NCBI GenBank assembly: GCA_016618085.1 | Contig: JABLTG010000153.1 | Coordinates: forward strand, 1-45,523 | Reading direction: 5' to 3' | DNA from: Neovahlkampfia damariscottae | Taxonomy: Eukaryota | DNA: 45,523 nt | In this document: one piece after another, positions 22,351 through 35,042 of the stretch | How the letters are laid out: each line of letters starts with the position of its first letter | Numbering within the stretch: position 1 is the stretch's first letter | Translations under genes and position numbers: made by a program | Notes under the pieces: generated by a model | Seen by the model: the letters and a program-made list of their open reading frames with translations, nothing else | What the model was told of the DNA's origin: nothing | Database searches by the model: none

Positions 22351-23680
22351 TTGAACAAGAGAAAGAAGAAAACACAATCTGGTTTTGAAAGTTTACCTGA
22401 TGATAATTTAATTCATATTTTAAATTATTCTGGAGACAAAGAAACAAATTTAAATTTGAACTTGGTTTCAAAATCATTCAGAGTAACTTGTAAACGAAAA
22501 AAAAAATTAAAAATTAGGTTCAAATTTACTTTGGGTGAATTACTTGCCAAAGGTTTTACTTGATGAAATCATAAACCAAAGATCAATTTATTTTCAGTCA
22601 TCTTTTGAAATGAGCTATGAAAAAGAAGGACTGAAAAGAGTTTATATAAAGTTTAAAAAGTATTATAAAAACAAGTATCAACCAAAAGAATATGAAATCA
22701 CTCCTATTCGTTGGGTCAACAAATTTTATTGGTTACTTTTAGGTTTTATTTTTCTAATTTTAAATGGAATTATACCTAATTCATTAACTTTTTTAATTTC
22801 TTATTGGCCGTTCGGTATTAGAATTTTTACGATCCCAATTTTAATATTTGGATTTTTTTATTTTTTTTTAATATTTTTAAATTTTCTATTTGAATGGAAA
22901 AAGAATGAAAAAATTTTTGGATTTAAGAAACTAACAACAAAAACTATAAACCAAAGAGTTTATTTAATGATGGATTTATATATTCAATTCTTTTTTATGA
23001 TTTCATCATTAGTATTATTTTATGCAAGTTCTTCTATTTTATTATTGCTTCCTGAAGAGTTTGTGGTTGGTTATTGTCGTTTATTTTTTTTACCTGTTCA
23101 TTTGGTTTCATTTTTTAATTATTATTCATTTCAAAAATTTTTAATTTCAAATATGAAATTTCTTTCAAAAAGTGAATTATTTAAAAAATCAACAAGAAAA
23201 TATTTATTTTATTGGACAAATCAAATTAGTGCTTTTTTTTATGTATTTTTATTTAATGTATCTGTAATTTTAGTATCATCAAAACTTGATTTATCATTTC
23301 AATGGTTGTATTGGTCAATTGTATTCACCACTTTTTCATCATCGTTATTCTTTTTGGTGATGATTTTTATTTTGAATACAATCACTTACAGCAAGACTAA
23401 AGAGTTTAATATACAAACAGGAAATGTATGGAATCCAACAATTGAAGAAGTATTTTTCACATTTCCAATTAGTTCAGTTGTTATTGGTATATTTTTATTT
23501 TTTCCAACAATTTTTGTTGGTTTGACAATGGACGGAATTAGGTCTGGTGTTGTTTTCATGTTTAGTGGTATATTGATGTTTGTTAATACCATGTTATTTA
23601 TTATTTTGTTGTTTATTGCTTTGGGTGCAGCTTTCATTTTATTAATTGTCTTTTATTTGGAGAAGAACAACAGAAACTAG
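22351..23680 (+). CDS. F-box plus multi-pass membrane protein (TMEM185/TMEM60-like motif), 2 exons; start codon uncertain
   Basis: FESLPDDNLIHILNY...LVSKSFR..|CSNLLW is F-box-like, with an intron at about 22489-22517. Several TM helices and KLDLSFQWLYWSIVF. No in-frame ATG; TTG at 22351 lies just after an in-frame TAA. Confidence 0.55.
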
Positions 23681-23816
23681 TAGATTGATCAAAACTGGAT
23701 TAACTACCAGATAAAAAAGATACTGGTAAAATTTTAACCTTCAAAAATGCATCAAAAGTTTATAAACACATTTGTGTTAATTTTTAATAAAAAATTTAAA
23801 ATTCTTTGAGTTTTGA

Positions 23817-24473
23817 TTATTGAAGTTGTTCCAATAAATTCTTTGCTCTCTTATTATCAGGTTCTATTTCTACAGCTTTTTTAAAATCTTTCATAGCTTC
23901 TGTATCTTTATCCGTATAATAATAACATAAACCTCGATCTATGTAGGTATTTGCATCTGGATCCATTTCATATTCAAGTGTTTTATTAAAATCTCTTAAA
24001 GCTTTATCATATTCTTTTTCTGCATAATATAATAAAGCACGATTGTAATAAGCTATTGCCATTGTTTCGTCTAATGCAATGGCTTTTGTAAAATCACTAA
24101 TAGCTTCTTCTTCTTTTCCTTTTATTTCACTTAATAAAGTACCACGATCAAAATAATGAAAATGACTTGGAGCTGTTTGTATCAATTGTGTGTAAGCATC
24201 TAAAGCTTTGTTGGTGGCACCAGTTTTTTGGTATAATTTAACAACAATAGCTAAACTTTTTGTATATCCTGGTTTAAGTTCCATAGCTTTTTCAAAATCT
24301 GAAATAGCTTGTTCTACTTTATCTAAATTTTTTGCACATAATCCTCGGGCATGAAAATAATTAAAAACTGTGGATTTTTTTGCAATAGCTTTTGAAAATA
24401 GATCATAAGCTTCTTGGTTCTTCTTTTCTTTAAAAAGTTTTACTCCTTCGTTATAAATTTCGTTTGCATCCAT
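23817..24473 (-). CDS. TPR repeat protein
   Basis: Multiple TPR units, for example AYYNRALLYYAEKEYDKALRDFNKTLE. Confidence 0.9.
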   Translation of the reverse strand: MDANEIYNEGVKLFKEKKNQEAYDLFSKAIAKKSTVFNYFHARGLCAKNLDKVEQAISDFEKAMELKPGYTKSLAIVVKLYQKTGATNKALDAYTQLIQTAPSHFHYFDRGTLLSEIKGKEEEAISDFTKAIALDETMAIAYYNRALLYYAEKEYDKALRDFNKTLEYEMDPDANTYIDRGLCYYYTDKDTEAMKDFKKAVEIEPDNKRAKNLLEQLQ

Positions 24474-24593
24474 CACAGAAAAAGATGCTTTTTTATTGGT
24501 CCAACAATAGACCAATCAATGTATTATCAGATAAAAAAAAAACAAATCAAAATTTAATCCTCTCTTCCCCATTTAGTTCAAAAATTAAACATT

Positions 24594-25739
24594 TTAAATT
24601 TCCTCTTCTCCATCATCAGTAACATAATTTTCATCGTCATCATAGACAACAAATTCTTCAATCATTTTCATTGCCCCTTCATGTCCCTTTGCTGCTGCTT
24701 TCTCTAACAATTCAACTCCTTTATCAAGGTTATCATCTTTATCAGACGACAGAAGTTTCTTTGCTACTAAAAATTGAGCGGATGGAAATTCAAGTTTCGC
24801 TGATTTCTCAAAACATTCTTCTGCTCTTTCAACATCTTTTTCACATCCTAATCCCATTTTTAAGTATCCACCTAAAATATACAATGCAATTTCATCATTC
24901 TTTTCAGCTGATTTTTCAACCCAATAATAAGCATCAACATCGCTTTTTTCAACACCATCACCATTTGCATAGCAAACACCCAAGTTCAATTCAGCTTTTG
25001 GGTGACCTAAATTTGCTCCTTTTGTGAAATATTCAACAGCTTTTGCACTATCCTTTTTAAGATAAATTTCGCCTAGTGTCATAATTGCTGGTAAATATAA
25101 CAAATCAGCGGATTTTTCTAAACATTCAAAACCTCTTCTATTATCTTCGAGAGTGATTGAAAGTAAATACAAAGATCCAGCATCATTTTCACTTGAACCT
25201 TTTTCAAAACATTCTTGTGCTTTCAATAAATCTTTTTCTTTCATTCCAATACCATTTTGATAATAAATACCAAGAGAAAAAATAGCTTGTAACTGATTTT
25301 CTTTTGCTGCTTTTTTAAAACAATCAAATGCTTGTTCATAATTTCCTAATGATTGATGAGCTCTACCAATTGCAAAAATATCATCTGGATTCTCTGGATT
25401 TTCCATTTTAATAATAGATGTAAGTATTTTAAAAGATTCTTCTTTGAGGTCTAAATATTTCAAAGCTTCTGCGTAAAATGATTTTGATAACAAATCTTTT
25501 CTATTTTCTGTGATTTGTTTAATTCCATTCCAATTTCCACATTCTTTAAGATTATGTACTTCAAGCCATAGTTCTTCAGGTATTTGTTCAGGTTCTTCTT
25601 GACTAATTTTTTTTTTGGATTTTTTTTTTATTTCTTGAGGCACTGCTGAATTAAAATATGAAAAAATTCCAAAGGAAACAATGGACAAAGAACCAACTAA
25701 TAAAATCTTTGGAAACCAACTTGAATTCTCTTCCTTCAT
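24594..25739 (-). CDS. Sel1-like repeat protein with an N-terminal TM anchor
   Basis: AELNLGVCYANGDGVEKSDVDAYYWVEKSAE-type SLR repeats; hydrophobic N-terminal segment. Confidence 0.9.
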   Translation of the reverse strand: MKEENSSWFPKILLVGSLSIVSFGIFSYFNSAVPQEIKKKSKKKISQEEPEQIPEELWLEVHNLKECGNWNGIKQITENRKDLLSKSFYAEALKYLDLKEESFKILTSIIKMENPENPDDIFAIGRAHQSLGNYEQAFDCFKKAAKENQLQAIFSLGIYYQNGIGMKEKDLLKAQECFEKGSSENDAGSLYLLSITLEDNRRGFECLEKSADLLYLPAIMTLGEIYLKKDSAKAVEYFTKGANLGHPKAELNLGVCYANGDGVEKSDVDAYYWVEKSAEKNDEIALYILGGYLKMGLGCEKDVERAEECFEKSAKLEFPSAQFLVAKKLLSSDKDDNLDKGVELLEKAAAKGHEGAMKMIEEFVVYDDDENYVTDDGEEEI

Positions 25740-25805
25740 GTTTTTTGTTGAGGTAATTTAACACTAAAAATAAACCAATCAAATCATTTTTTGAGAAAGT
25801 GGAAG

Positions 25806-26474
25806 ATGAAAACTGTTTTTTTCTATTTCGATTTTATCAGCCCATACGCTTATTTATCAATGAAACCTTTGCAAAAAATGATCAAAGAAACAAATACAAA
25901 ATTGATATTGGTTCCTGTTTTATTTGCCAGTTTTCTTAAGGAAAATCAAACAAAAGGACCCGCAGAAATTCCATCAAAGAGATTGTTTACTTTTAAAGAT
26001 ATCACTAGAATAGGTTTAAAGCAAAATATTTCAATAAAAGGACCTCCAATACATCCTTTTAATCCTTTGTTACCTTTACGTGTTGTTAGTGCAATTGAAG
26101 ATGAAAAAATGAAATTAGCAGTGACTCAAATGTTTTTTAATGCATGTTGGAGAGACGGTATTGATATTTCAGATGAAAGAAAAGTTGAATTTTTATTAAA
26201 GGAGATTCACATAAATCCAAAAATAATATTTGAAAATTTGAACGAAGCAAAACAAAAATTGATTCAACAATCAGAAAAAGCTATAAAAGATGGAATATTT
26301 GGTGTCCCTTCATTTAAAGTGGATGACGAAATTTTTTGGGGCCAAGACCGAATTGAATTTGTTAAAGAATTTATTGAAGGAAAAGATCATTTTTGTGAAG
26401 AAAAAAATAGAAAAGAGTTGGAGAATATTTTAAATAGACCAACAAAACATCGAAAAGTAAAATCAAATTTGTAA
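25806..26474 (+). CDS. 2-hydroxychromene-2-carboxylate isomerase / GST-kappa (DsbA family)
   Basis: FYFDFISPYAYL and GIFGVPSFKVDDEIFWGQDR; ends in SNL (PTS1-like). Confidence 0.9.
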   Translation: MKTVFFYFDFISPYAYLSMKPLQKMIKETNTKLILVPVLFASFLKENQTKGPAEIPSKRLFTFKDITRIGLKQNISIKGPPIHPFNPLLPLRVVSAIEDEKMKLAVTQMFFNACWRDGIDISDERKVEFLLKEIHINPKIIFENLNEAKQKLIQQSEKAIKDGIFGVPSFKVDDEIFWGQDRIEFVKEFIEGKDHFCEEKNRKELENILNRPTKHRKVKSNL

Positions 26475-26486
26475 ATACAAAAGAAT

Positions 26487-27251
26487 TCAAATTTTTGATT
26501 TCAATTTTTTCAAAATTTCATCAAATGTTTCTTCGGTCATGTTTTCATAAGTTGCATGAGCAACTTTTTTTTCAAATTTCAAACCATCCAATAAACTCAT
26601 ATTGTAACCTTCCTTGATTAAATTCTTCACAACAACAGTGGAACTTGGTACTTTCTTTTTCAACAAATTAGCTAATTCCAATGCCTTGTTTAAAACTTCA
26701 TTTTTATCTTTCAACACATAATTAACTATGCCCCATTCTAATGCTTTTTTGGATGATATTTTTTCTCCAAATAACGAAACTTCATTTGCACGATGTTTCC
26801 CAATCAATCTCGATAATTTCTGAGTTAATCCCCAGGAAGGAATAATTCCAAATTTTGTGTGGGTATCTTGAAAGAAAGTTCTTTCAGTGCATAAAATAAT
26901 ATCACATGCCAAAACTAATTCAAAACCACCAGTCACGGCAGGCCCATTCAATGCAGCAATCAAAGGTTTAGGAAACATTAATATATCATCCAAAGGATCT
27001 GACTCCTGTTTAGATATTGAATTAGGTCCTTTAAATACAGAAAATGCTGATTTTAAATCCACTCCTGATGAAAATAACTTTCCATTTCCAGTTAGAATCA
27101 CGCATAATACATCTTCTCTTTCTTTCAAGTTTTTAAATGTTTTTGACAATAATAGAATTAATTCAGTATTCAAAGAGTTGTAGGATTCAGGTCTGTTTAA
27201 AGTTAAAATTACTATTCCGTCAACAGGTTCATCAACCAACAAAATTTGCAT
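26487..27251 (-). CDS. Enoyl-CoA hydratase/isomerase (crotonase), probably peroxisomal
   Basis: LNRPESYNSL, FSSGVDL, PKPLIAALNGPAVTGGFELVLACD and FQDTHTKFGIIPSWGL; ends in SKI. Confidence 0.9.
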   Translation of the reverse strand: MQILLVDEPVDGIVILTLNRPESYNSLNTELILLLSKTFKNLKEREDVLCVILTGNGKLFSSGVDLKSAFSVFKGPNSISKQESDPLDDILMFPKPLIAALNGPAVTGGFELVLACDIILCTERTFFQDTHTKFGIIPSWGLTQKLSRLIGKHRANEVSLFGEKISSKKALEWGIVNYVLKDKNEVLNKALELANLLKKKVPSSTVVVKNLIKEGYNMSLLDGLKFEKKVAHATYENMTEETFDEILKKLKSKI

Positions 27252-27662
27252 ATTTTTGATTGGTCAAAGGAAAAACTACACCGATCTTTATTCATTGACC
27301 TTTCAGAGATTTGATTCTTTAAGCCAAACAACAATTTCCATCAGGTAAATTTTTTAGTGACTCAAATTTACCTGATGTAACTTCAATCTTTTCAAAAGCT
27401 GATTTTACTTGTTTACCTTTGAATTTTTATTACACTTTTTATTTGTTTATGTTGATAAATTTCAGTGAAATATCAATTTTCATCAATTGGTTTGATTGTA
27501 TTTTTTTGATAAATTTTCAAGATCATTTACATTTTTTGATTCAATAATAAATGCAACATGTTTTGATTTGCTCGATTACAGAAAGCATTATTTATAATTC
27601 TAAGCTAGCATCGTGAAAGAAAATGGAAATCATACTTGACGAGGTTAAAGAAGAATTTCCCT

Positions 27663-28872
27663 TTATTCATATTTTCCACAAAATTTTTTTCGATCTCTCC
27701 TTATTACACTATTCATATATCCTTTGATTTTGATATCTTTATTGCAATAAAATTTATAGCCATATTCATTCAAAATCCTTCTAACAAAAATATTCCACCT
27801 TTTCCAAGCATCATGAAAATGATAAAATTTTTGCTTCAATGAATGTTTAATTCCAGAAGAATGAGGAATATGACCAATATATGCATAGTTTACAACATAT
27901 AATTCATATCTGTCAGCCATTAATTCATACATATGAGTGGTTTTATCATGTCCAATTGTAAATGATTCATCATATTTGACCATATTTGTTGGACCTAATT
28001 TAAATTAGATTTTGAATTGAATTTACCTATAAAATAAGGTTCATAGAATATTTCATATTTTATTTTATATGGTTCTGTTGCAATTCTCCATTTATCAAAT
28101 CTTGTTGCATTTTGACCTTGTGAGTAAAGAGGTTTTATTCTCTTACACTCAATCTCAGTATGTGATTCGAATTTACAAGAATTATCAAATGCAGGAACAA
28201 TTAACAAATTCTTTTTGTATATTTTTTTAACAAAATTAGGATTTAGTCTCTTCATGACTCGTACTAAATTGTCACTTGGCAGAAAATCAATATCCAATGA
28301 AAAAACCAATGGAGTTGTCACATGTTTCCAAGCTATATTTCTAAGTAAATTTAATGGATAAAATATTGATGAATCTCTTCCAAGAACTGAAAAAATATTT
28401 AAAAATAATTCACAAAAACCTTACCAATGTGAAATTGAACATTTGTGTATTTTGATAAATCAATTTTTTCCTGATTTAAATATTTGTTGACTGAAAAATC
28501 ATCATAATTGTTAGAATATACTAGAACATATAAAACAACACTAATTCTATATTTCCATTTTTTTCTCAAATAATTTAATCTTGATAATCTTTCAATAGAC
28601 ATTTGAGTTACAATTGTGGTGTCTGAAAGAAAAAAATTATCCTGAAAAAAATTCTGATATTTTCTATTTATATTTGGAAATACTTTATGATCTTTATAAT
28701 AGTAGTGGTCAGGTTCATCCCTTGAGATTAATTTGTTGTGAATTTTTTTTTTTTGAGTTTACTTGAATGAAGGCAGTGACAGTTTATATGAATGAATAAA
28801 AATTAACAAAATCTGCAGTAGTAAAAATATAATCATATATTTCAATAATTTCCAAAAAATTTGTTCCTTCAT
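27663..28872 (-). CDS. GT49 / LARGE-like glycosyltransferase (type II membrane protein), multi-exon
   Basis: N-terminal TM. TIVTQMSIERL, YPLNLLRNIAW, LDIDFLPS (DxD), LIVPAF, YEIFYEPY and YDESF..GHDK. Confidence 0.8.
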
Positions 28873-28914
28873 CTTCAGAAATGCAAGTACAATGTTTAGA
28901 CCAATCAAATTGAA

Positions 28915-31411
28915 ATGGAAGAGGTTAACAATTTGATAAAACAGATTCAAACAAAAATAATAAACAAAGGAGAAATAACATGGGAAGAGGATATATTAAA
29001 ATTAGTTTTAAACATCAAAAATGTTGAAATAGAAGTAATCAATGAAAGGTTTTCTTTTTTTCAAAAAGTTTTGGAAATAATAATTCAATATGGATTTGTA
29101 GAAACAAATTATGATGAAGAAAAACTATTCTACTTGATCAAATTTTTTTTAGAATTCAAAGACAAAGAAATTTTGAGTGTACAAAAAATTCTATTTTTTT
29201 TAACATGAATTTAAATAGTTTATTCAGTCAAAGTACTTGTCATTCATTATTTCTACATTATTTAAAATTATTGAAAATTCAAATAAAATCACAAATACCA
29301 CAGAATTGAATGAGAATTCAACTCCGCAAAATTTTGTGACAACAAATGAAAGTTATCAAAAAGTTTTAAATCAAATTTTCAATGAAACAGCAGAATATTT
29401 TATATTTCAAGCATTAATCAAAATTAAATCTGATAAAAAAATTTCAAAGAAAATGAAATCAAAATGTGGAGTTTATTTGAATTTTACATTGTATAGACCA
29501 AATGGAGTTTTTAGTTTATTGAACTTATTTTCATTGATCGAAGAAGGTATTGTCATTAAACTTTAATTTTTTAAAGATACAAATCATTTCAGGATGCTTT
29601 CAGTTTTCATTCAAAACAATGAAAATCATTACAAAAACATATTTCCTCAACTGATAAAAATTTTGAGATTTGGTAAAAATGCAGTTGTAAAAAGGAATGC
29701 AATTCTTTGTATTGGTAAATTAATTGAAGAAAATGTTGATTTATCAAAGATTTATTTCATTGAAGATGTTTTAAAACCATTGATTTCTAAATCACAAGAT
29801 GAAAATGAAATTACTCAATCCATTGAAGAAATTCATCAAATTATATCTGGAAATCCTTTAATTTATCAGATATATGATTCATTAGATTTCAGTAAGTTTC
29901 TTTTTTTGAAATTTATCAACCCAGTCATTCCACAAATTTTTCAACTTTATTGTTTTGTTTGTCAAACAGTTTATAATGTAAAACATTCATGTGAAGAAAT
30001 TGTATCAAATTATTTTAAATATTGTCATAATCCTTTGAATGTTATCAAAAAGTTGATATTCTTTAGAGAAGATGCTTATGTTTTCAAATCTGGTGAATCG
30101 GGTGGAGTGATAATTGAAAAAGTTTCAAAAAATGAAAGAAACTATCTTTGGGAGGGTGAGTGCATTGTAAATATTTTAAAATTAACCAAAAATGATAATA
30201 TTGCTGGTGATTTGTTCCTTTTTTTAATCTCAAAATTGAGTGTGATAAAAAAACAAGAAGAGATATCGGAGGAGTAACCAATCACTTTCGATTTTAACTT
30301 TTTAGTAATGTTTTAATGTTGAATTTGATTCAATTAATGATTGAACAATTGAAAATTCAAATATTGAAAAATGCACATCATACAATTCAATTAGTTAAAT
30401 ATCTTCTATTGGCTGATGAAGAAGACGAAGATTCTATCACAATGGGTTTAGCCATTTTAACAACATTAATATCAGGTGGTATTTCAATTGAAAAAGAGGA
30501 AGAAGGTGATTTATTTGAATTATTGGATATTGTTGAGAGATTTTGTCAATCCAATGAAGTTCAAATATCTGAAATGGCCTCAAATTTAGTTTTATCCATC
30601 AAGCATTATAAAAAACATGACAATCCTTTAATTAATATATTGAAAGATTTAAAGGATCCTATTATTGCAATTCGTTCATTTGGTATTTACAAATTGAGAA
30701 AATTGATCGAGTTGAAAGATCCAATCATTCAAGAGAACTTTACAGATATAGTAAATTTATTTGAATCACAATTGAAGCATGAAGATACATATGTTTACCT
30801 TGGTGCTATTCAAGCTTTTATAGCTTTAGGTGATAAATACCCTAATCAAATTTTACCAATTTTAACAAAATACTATTGTGATAAAAATTACAAAGAAAGA
30901 TTGAAAATTGGTGAAGTTTTATTGAAAATTGCACAAAAATCAGGTGAAATTTTATTCAAATATGCTCATTTTTATGTTGATACCTTTTTGGAATGCTCAA
31001 GAGAAGAGAAGTAGAAAACCTTTTTTTTTAACCTTTTTTTTTTGAAGTGAAATAGTGAGAGCAAGTTCGTTATCAAATATAGCTATGTTTTGTCAAGTTA
31101 TTAGATTCGGAATTCATCCATATATCAATCAAATTTTTGATTTCACAATTCAATTAATTCAAACTGAAAAATCAATAATAGTCAAACGATCTTGTTTACA
31201 GGTTTTTAGTAAATTGATTCATTGTATTGATGAAGAAATATTTCATGAGATTGATATGAAGAAATTAGTTCAAATTTTGAAGAATATTCAATATTTTGAT
31301 AAATCATTGGAGATTGTTGAGAATTCAAAAATATTACTGAATGAAATTGAAGAATTTGCTAGAAATTTCTTGGGTACAGAAGAACCAAAGTCAACATTAA
31401 AGTTTCTATAA
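28915..31411 (+). CDS. TANGO6: TANGO6 / Rtp1-like armadillo-fold protein, multi-exon
   Basis: LYRPNGV, DLKDPIIAIRSFGI, LKHEDTYVYLGAIQ, ERLKIGEVL and RASSLSNIA. Confidence 0.75.
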
Positions 31412-31471
31412 AAATAAAATTTTCTTCAAATTTAATTCTCCTTATAAATCAATCTCATTGGTCAAAGAAAA

Positions 31472-33681
31472 ATGTCGGTAAACTTGACTGATGCAGAAGA
31501 GATTATTAATTTAAAAAAACCTTTGACAACAAATTGGGTTCGTTCAACATTGATAAATAATGAGGACAAGTATACTGACAAAACAGAATACAAACTTGTC
31601 ACTGTAATAAAAAAAATAAAAAAATATTAACACTATCACCACAGGTCAGTTGGAATGTGAATTCAAAATATTCAACTGATTCTTTATCTAAGTTATTTTA
31701 TTTAGATGAAGAAGAAGCTGATATTTATGTGATTGGTCTTCAAGGTATAGAGTTTAAAGTTTAACTCACATTTTTGAAGAAATTGATATGACAGCGAAAG
31801 CAATGATCAAAGAAGAAACAGAAGCATCAAGAGATTGGAATAATATAATTTCAAAAACATTTTCAAAAACTAATGAAAAATATTATTTTGTAAGAGAATA
31901 ACATTAGTTTAACTTTTTGAGTTATTTTCAAAACAACTTGTTGGAATATATATCATAGTTATTATAAAAACAAAACATATGAAAAAAGTGAAAGATTTAA
32001 AAATACAAAATGCACGTAAAAACTCTTTTTTTTTTTTTTTTATTATTTTTTTTATAGATGTTGGAGTTGGTGGATATGTCGGAAATAAAGGTGCTATTGG
32101 TTGTAGATTTAAATTTTATGATACTTCTATGTGTTTTTTAAGTATGCATTTGGTACCTGGTCAAAATGCTTATCAAAAGAGAAATCAAAATTTATCCGAT
32201 ATTTTTGATTTAATTAAATTTGAAAATTACCCTTTAAACAAACATGAGTAAAAAAAAAAGAAATTAAAATTAAATTAAAAGTATATTTGTAATTATAGGA
32301 GATTTAAATTATAGATTAAATTTGACACATGAAGAAACAATTAGTAAGAAGAAACAAAAAATTAATTTTAAGGTTTAATTGAAAAATCAAATTTTGAAGA
32401 AATGTTAAAATATGATCAATTAACATTACAAAAGAAAGAATCAAATATACTTGAAAATTTTATTGAAGGAAATATACATTGGAAACCAACTTATAAATTT
32501 GATAAAATATCAGGAGAATATGATACAGAAAGAATACCCGCATTCACAGATAGGATATTATTTTATAATAATAATTCTATTGAAAATGTAAAATATGAAG
32601 CATTTCATGAATATATGTCATCTGATCATAAACCAGTATTTTTTAATTTAAAATTTAAACAAATATATTTAAGATTAGTGCTGTTTTTAAGATTTGGAAT
32701 AAACAAATTAATAAAAGTAAATTAATAGAAGAAGAATCAAGATTAATTAAAAAATTTAATTTAATTGAAAATTATTTGAAACCACAAATTAAACTTTCAT
32801 CAACTGAAGTTTCATTTGGTAATATTAAATATAAAGAAAAAAAAACAGGTTCAATTATTTTAAAGAATATTGGAAAAATACCTGTTAATTTTAGTTTTAT
32901 ACCAAAAATTGATGAAATTGAAATTACAAGACCATGGTGTTCAATTGAACCAATAGAAGGTTTCTTAGATATTGAAAATGAGATTGAAATTCAATTCACA
33001 TGTAAAATTAATTCAAATGTATCAAACTTATTGATTCAAAAGAAGGAGAAATTAGAAGATATTTTAGTTTTAAAAGTTGAAAATGCGGGTAAATGAATTT
33101 TAATTGGTTTTAATTTTTAGGTGATTATTTTATTATTGTTGATGGTAAATTTATTCCAAGTTGTTTTGGTAGTTCAATTGAATATTTGTGTAAACTTGGA
33201 AATAATTCAGTAATTCAAAATCAAATTGCGAAAGAAGAAGAAAGATCAAATGTTCCAAAAGAATTAATTTCATTAATTGAAAAAATAAAAACATCAAATG
33301 TAAAATTAAAATTTATTAAATATAAATTAGATTTCTGATTTATTTATTGAAGGAAAAGAATCAACAACTAGTGAAATAAATGATATTAAAAATCTATTGG
33401 ATAATGGAAAAGATTTAAAACATTGGAAAGGATCAATTAATTCATTATTTGATTGTTTAATTCAATTTTTAGATTCTTTAGGAAATCAAATTTCAAATCA
33501 AAAAAATATTGAAATTAAACCAAGTTTTTTATTTATTATTGAATTTGTAAAAGAAATTTTAAAAGAAATTCAAAATCAAGATTTAATTGAAAGAATAATA
33601 TTTGTATTTAGTGCATTAATGATACCAGAAGGTCAAGATATGGAAATTAGAATTTTAAAATTTAAAAAATTATTAAAATAA
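31472..33681 (+). CDS. Inositol polyphosphate 5-phosphatase, OCRL/INPP5B-like (phosphatase, ASH and degenerate RhoGAP), many exons
   Basis: SWNVN, IGLQE, GNKGAIGCRF, GDLNYR, PTYKFD and PAFTDRIL..SSDHKP; ASH motif LEDILVLKVEN..DYFI; VPKEL. Confidence 0.85.
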
Positions 33682-33697
33682 AAAAAATTGATTTTTT

Positions 33698-34957
33698 TTA
33701 TAAATCAGTTACTCTTGATAATTTATGTATTCTATTCAAAAGATGATCACCTTGTTTAATAACATTTTGATAAAGTTCATTTTTTTGATCAAGTCTTGTT
33801 GCTTCAATAATACCATCAACTTTATCAATTTTGCAATATAATCTACCAGCACCAATAAAATTACTTAATTCATTATCTAAGAAATCAATTGAAACACCAA
33901 ATTGTGATGCCATATGTGAAATTTTAATACTTTTATATGAAATTAAAAATTGTGAAAATCCAGCAATTCTCATTTCTCTACAATAATAATTTGCATGTCC
34001 TGATAAATATCTATTCTTTGAAAGTAAATCAACAACATCAACTTAAATGTTAAATTATTTTTAAATTACCCAATGAAATTAAATATTGTTTATAATCACA
34101 ATTATAAAGTGAAAACATATAATTCTTTGAACATTCAGGTACTTCTTTAATTGCTCCTAAAACATCTGATGAATCAATAATTTTAGATTTTAATTCTGGT
34201 CTGCTTAAAGAAAACATTCCAACAATTATTGTATAAAAAACAAATTCATTAAATGGCATTAATTCAGTACATGTAAATGTTGCCATTGATTCCATAAATA
34301 AATGAGCACTTTTTTTGAAATTTCTTCTCCACATTTCATATGTACCTTCATAAACTTTTAATCTATTTCTTCTTTCCCAATCACCTCCTTGTTCAACTAA
34401 ACTATAAAAAAGTTAAACTTTTTTTGGGTTTCCAAAATCAACTTACACTTTTGCTCTTTCAACATTTTCTTGTAATAATTTTAAATCACCAAATGCGAAT
34501 CCCATTCTAATTAAATCAAATGTAATATCAATTTTTTGACCAAGAGCAACTGTTTTTTTTAAAGTTTCTTCATATGAGTCCATAGCTAGTTGTTTTTCAC
34601 CAATTTTTTTATAGAATAAACATCTATTTAAAAGTGATTCTCTAACTTCATTTTCACCTAAATTTTCTTTTGCGTCTTCAATTTTATCTTGTAAAGTTTT
34701 AAGTGTTTCATTATTTTCTTTTTCCATTTCTGAAACATTGATTTTATCACTTTTTAAAACATTTTTTGATACTAATTCTTTATAAAGTGGTAACATTTCT
34801 AAAAAGTTATAAATTTGTAAAAAATACTGTTTTTTAAAATTAAGTCTACAAGTTGGTTTGTAGCTTTCTCTTTTTCTTCAGGTACTTTTAAAAGAGCAAA
34901 TTTTAATTTTGAATATACTATTAATTCATCAATTGGAATTTCTTCTTGTTTTGTCAT
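33698..34957 (-). CDS. RPN7: 26S proteasome regulatory subunit RPN7 (PSMD6), 4 exons
   Basis: ENLGENEVRE, GGDWERRNRLKVYEG, TFTCTEL, REMRI and GRLYCKIDKV (PCI domain). Confidence 0.95.
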
Positions 34958-35042
34958 TGTCTTTCTTCTAACTAAAAATACTTTTTAATTCCTAACCAAT
35001 GAAATTAATTGTTTTTTCAATTGGTCCAACAAAAAAAAAAAA

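Noticed and set aside
27590..27662. Slightly GC-richer segment containing ATACTTGAC, considered as U1 or another snRNA
   Set aside because: It does not match the U1 5' end (ATACTTACCTG), and I saw no Sm site or snRNA stems.
28915..33681. Fragmented ORFs read as pseudogenes or frameshifts
   Set aside because: The breaks I examined coincide with roughly 30-nt GT-AG introns that restore the frame.
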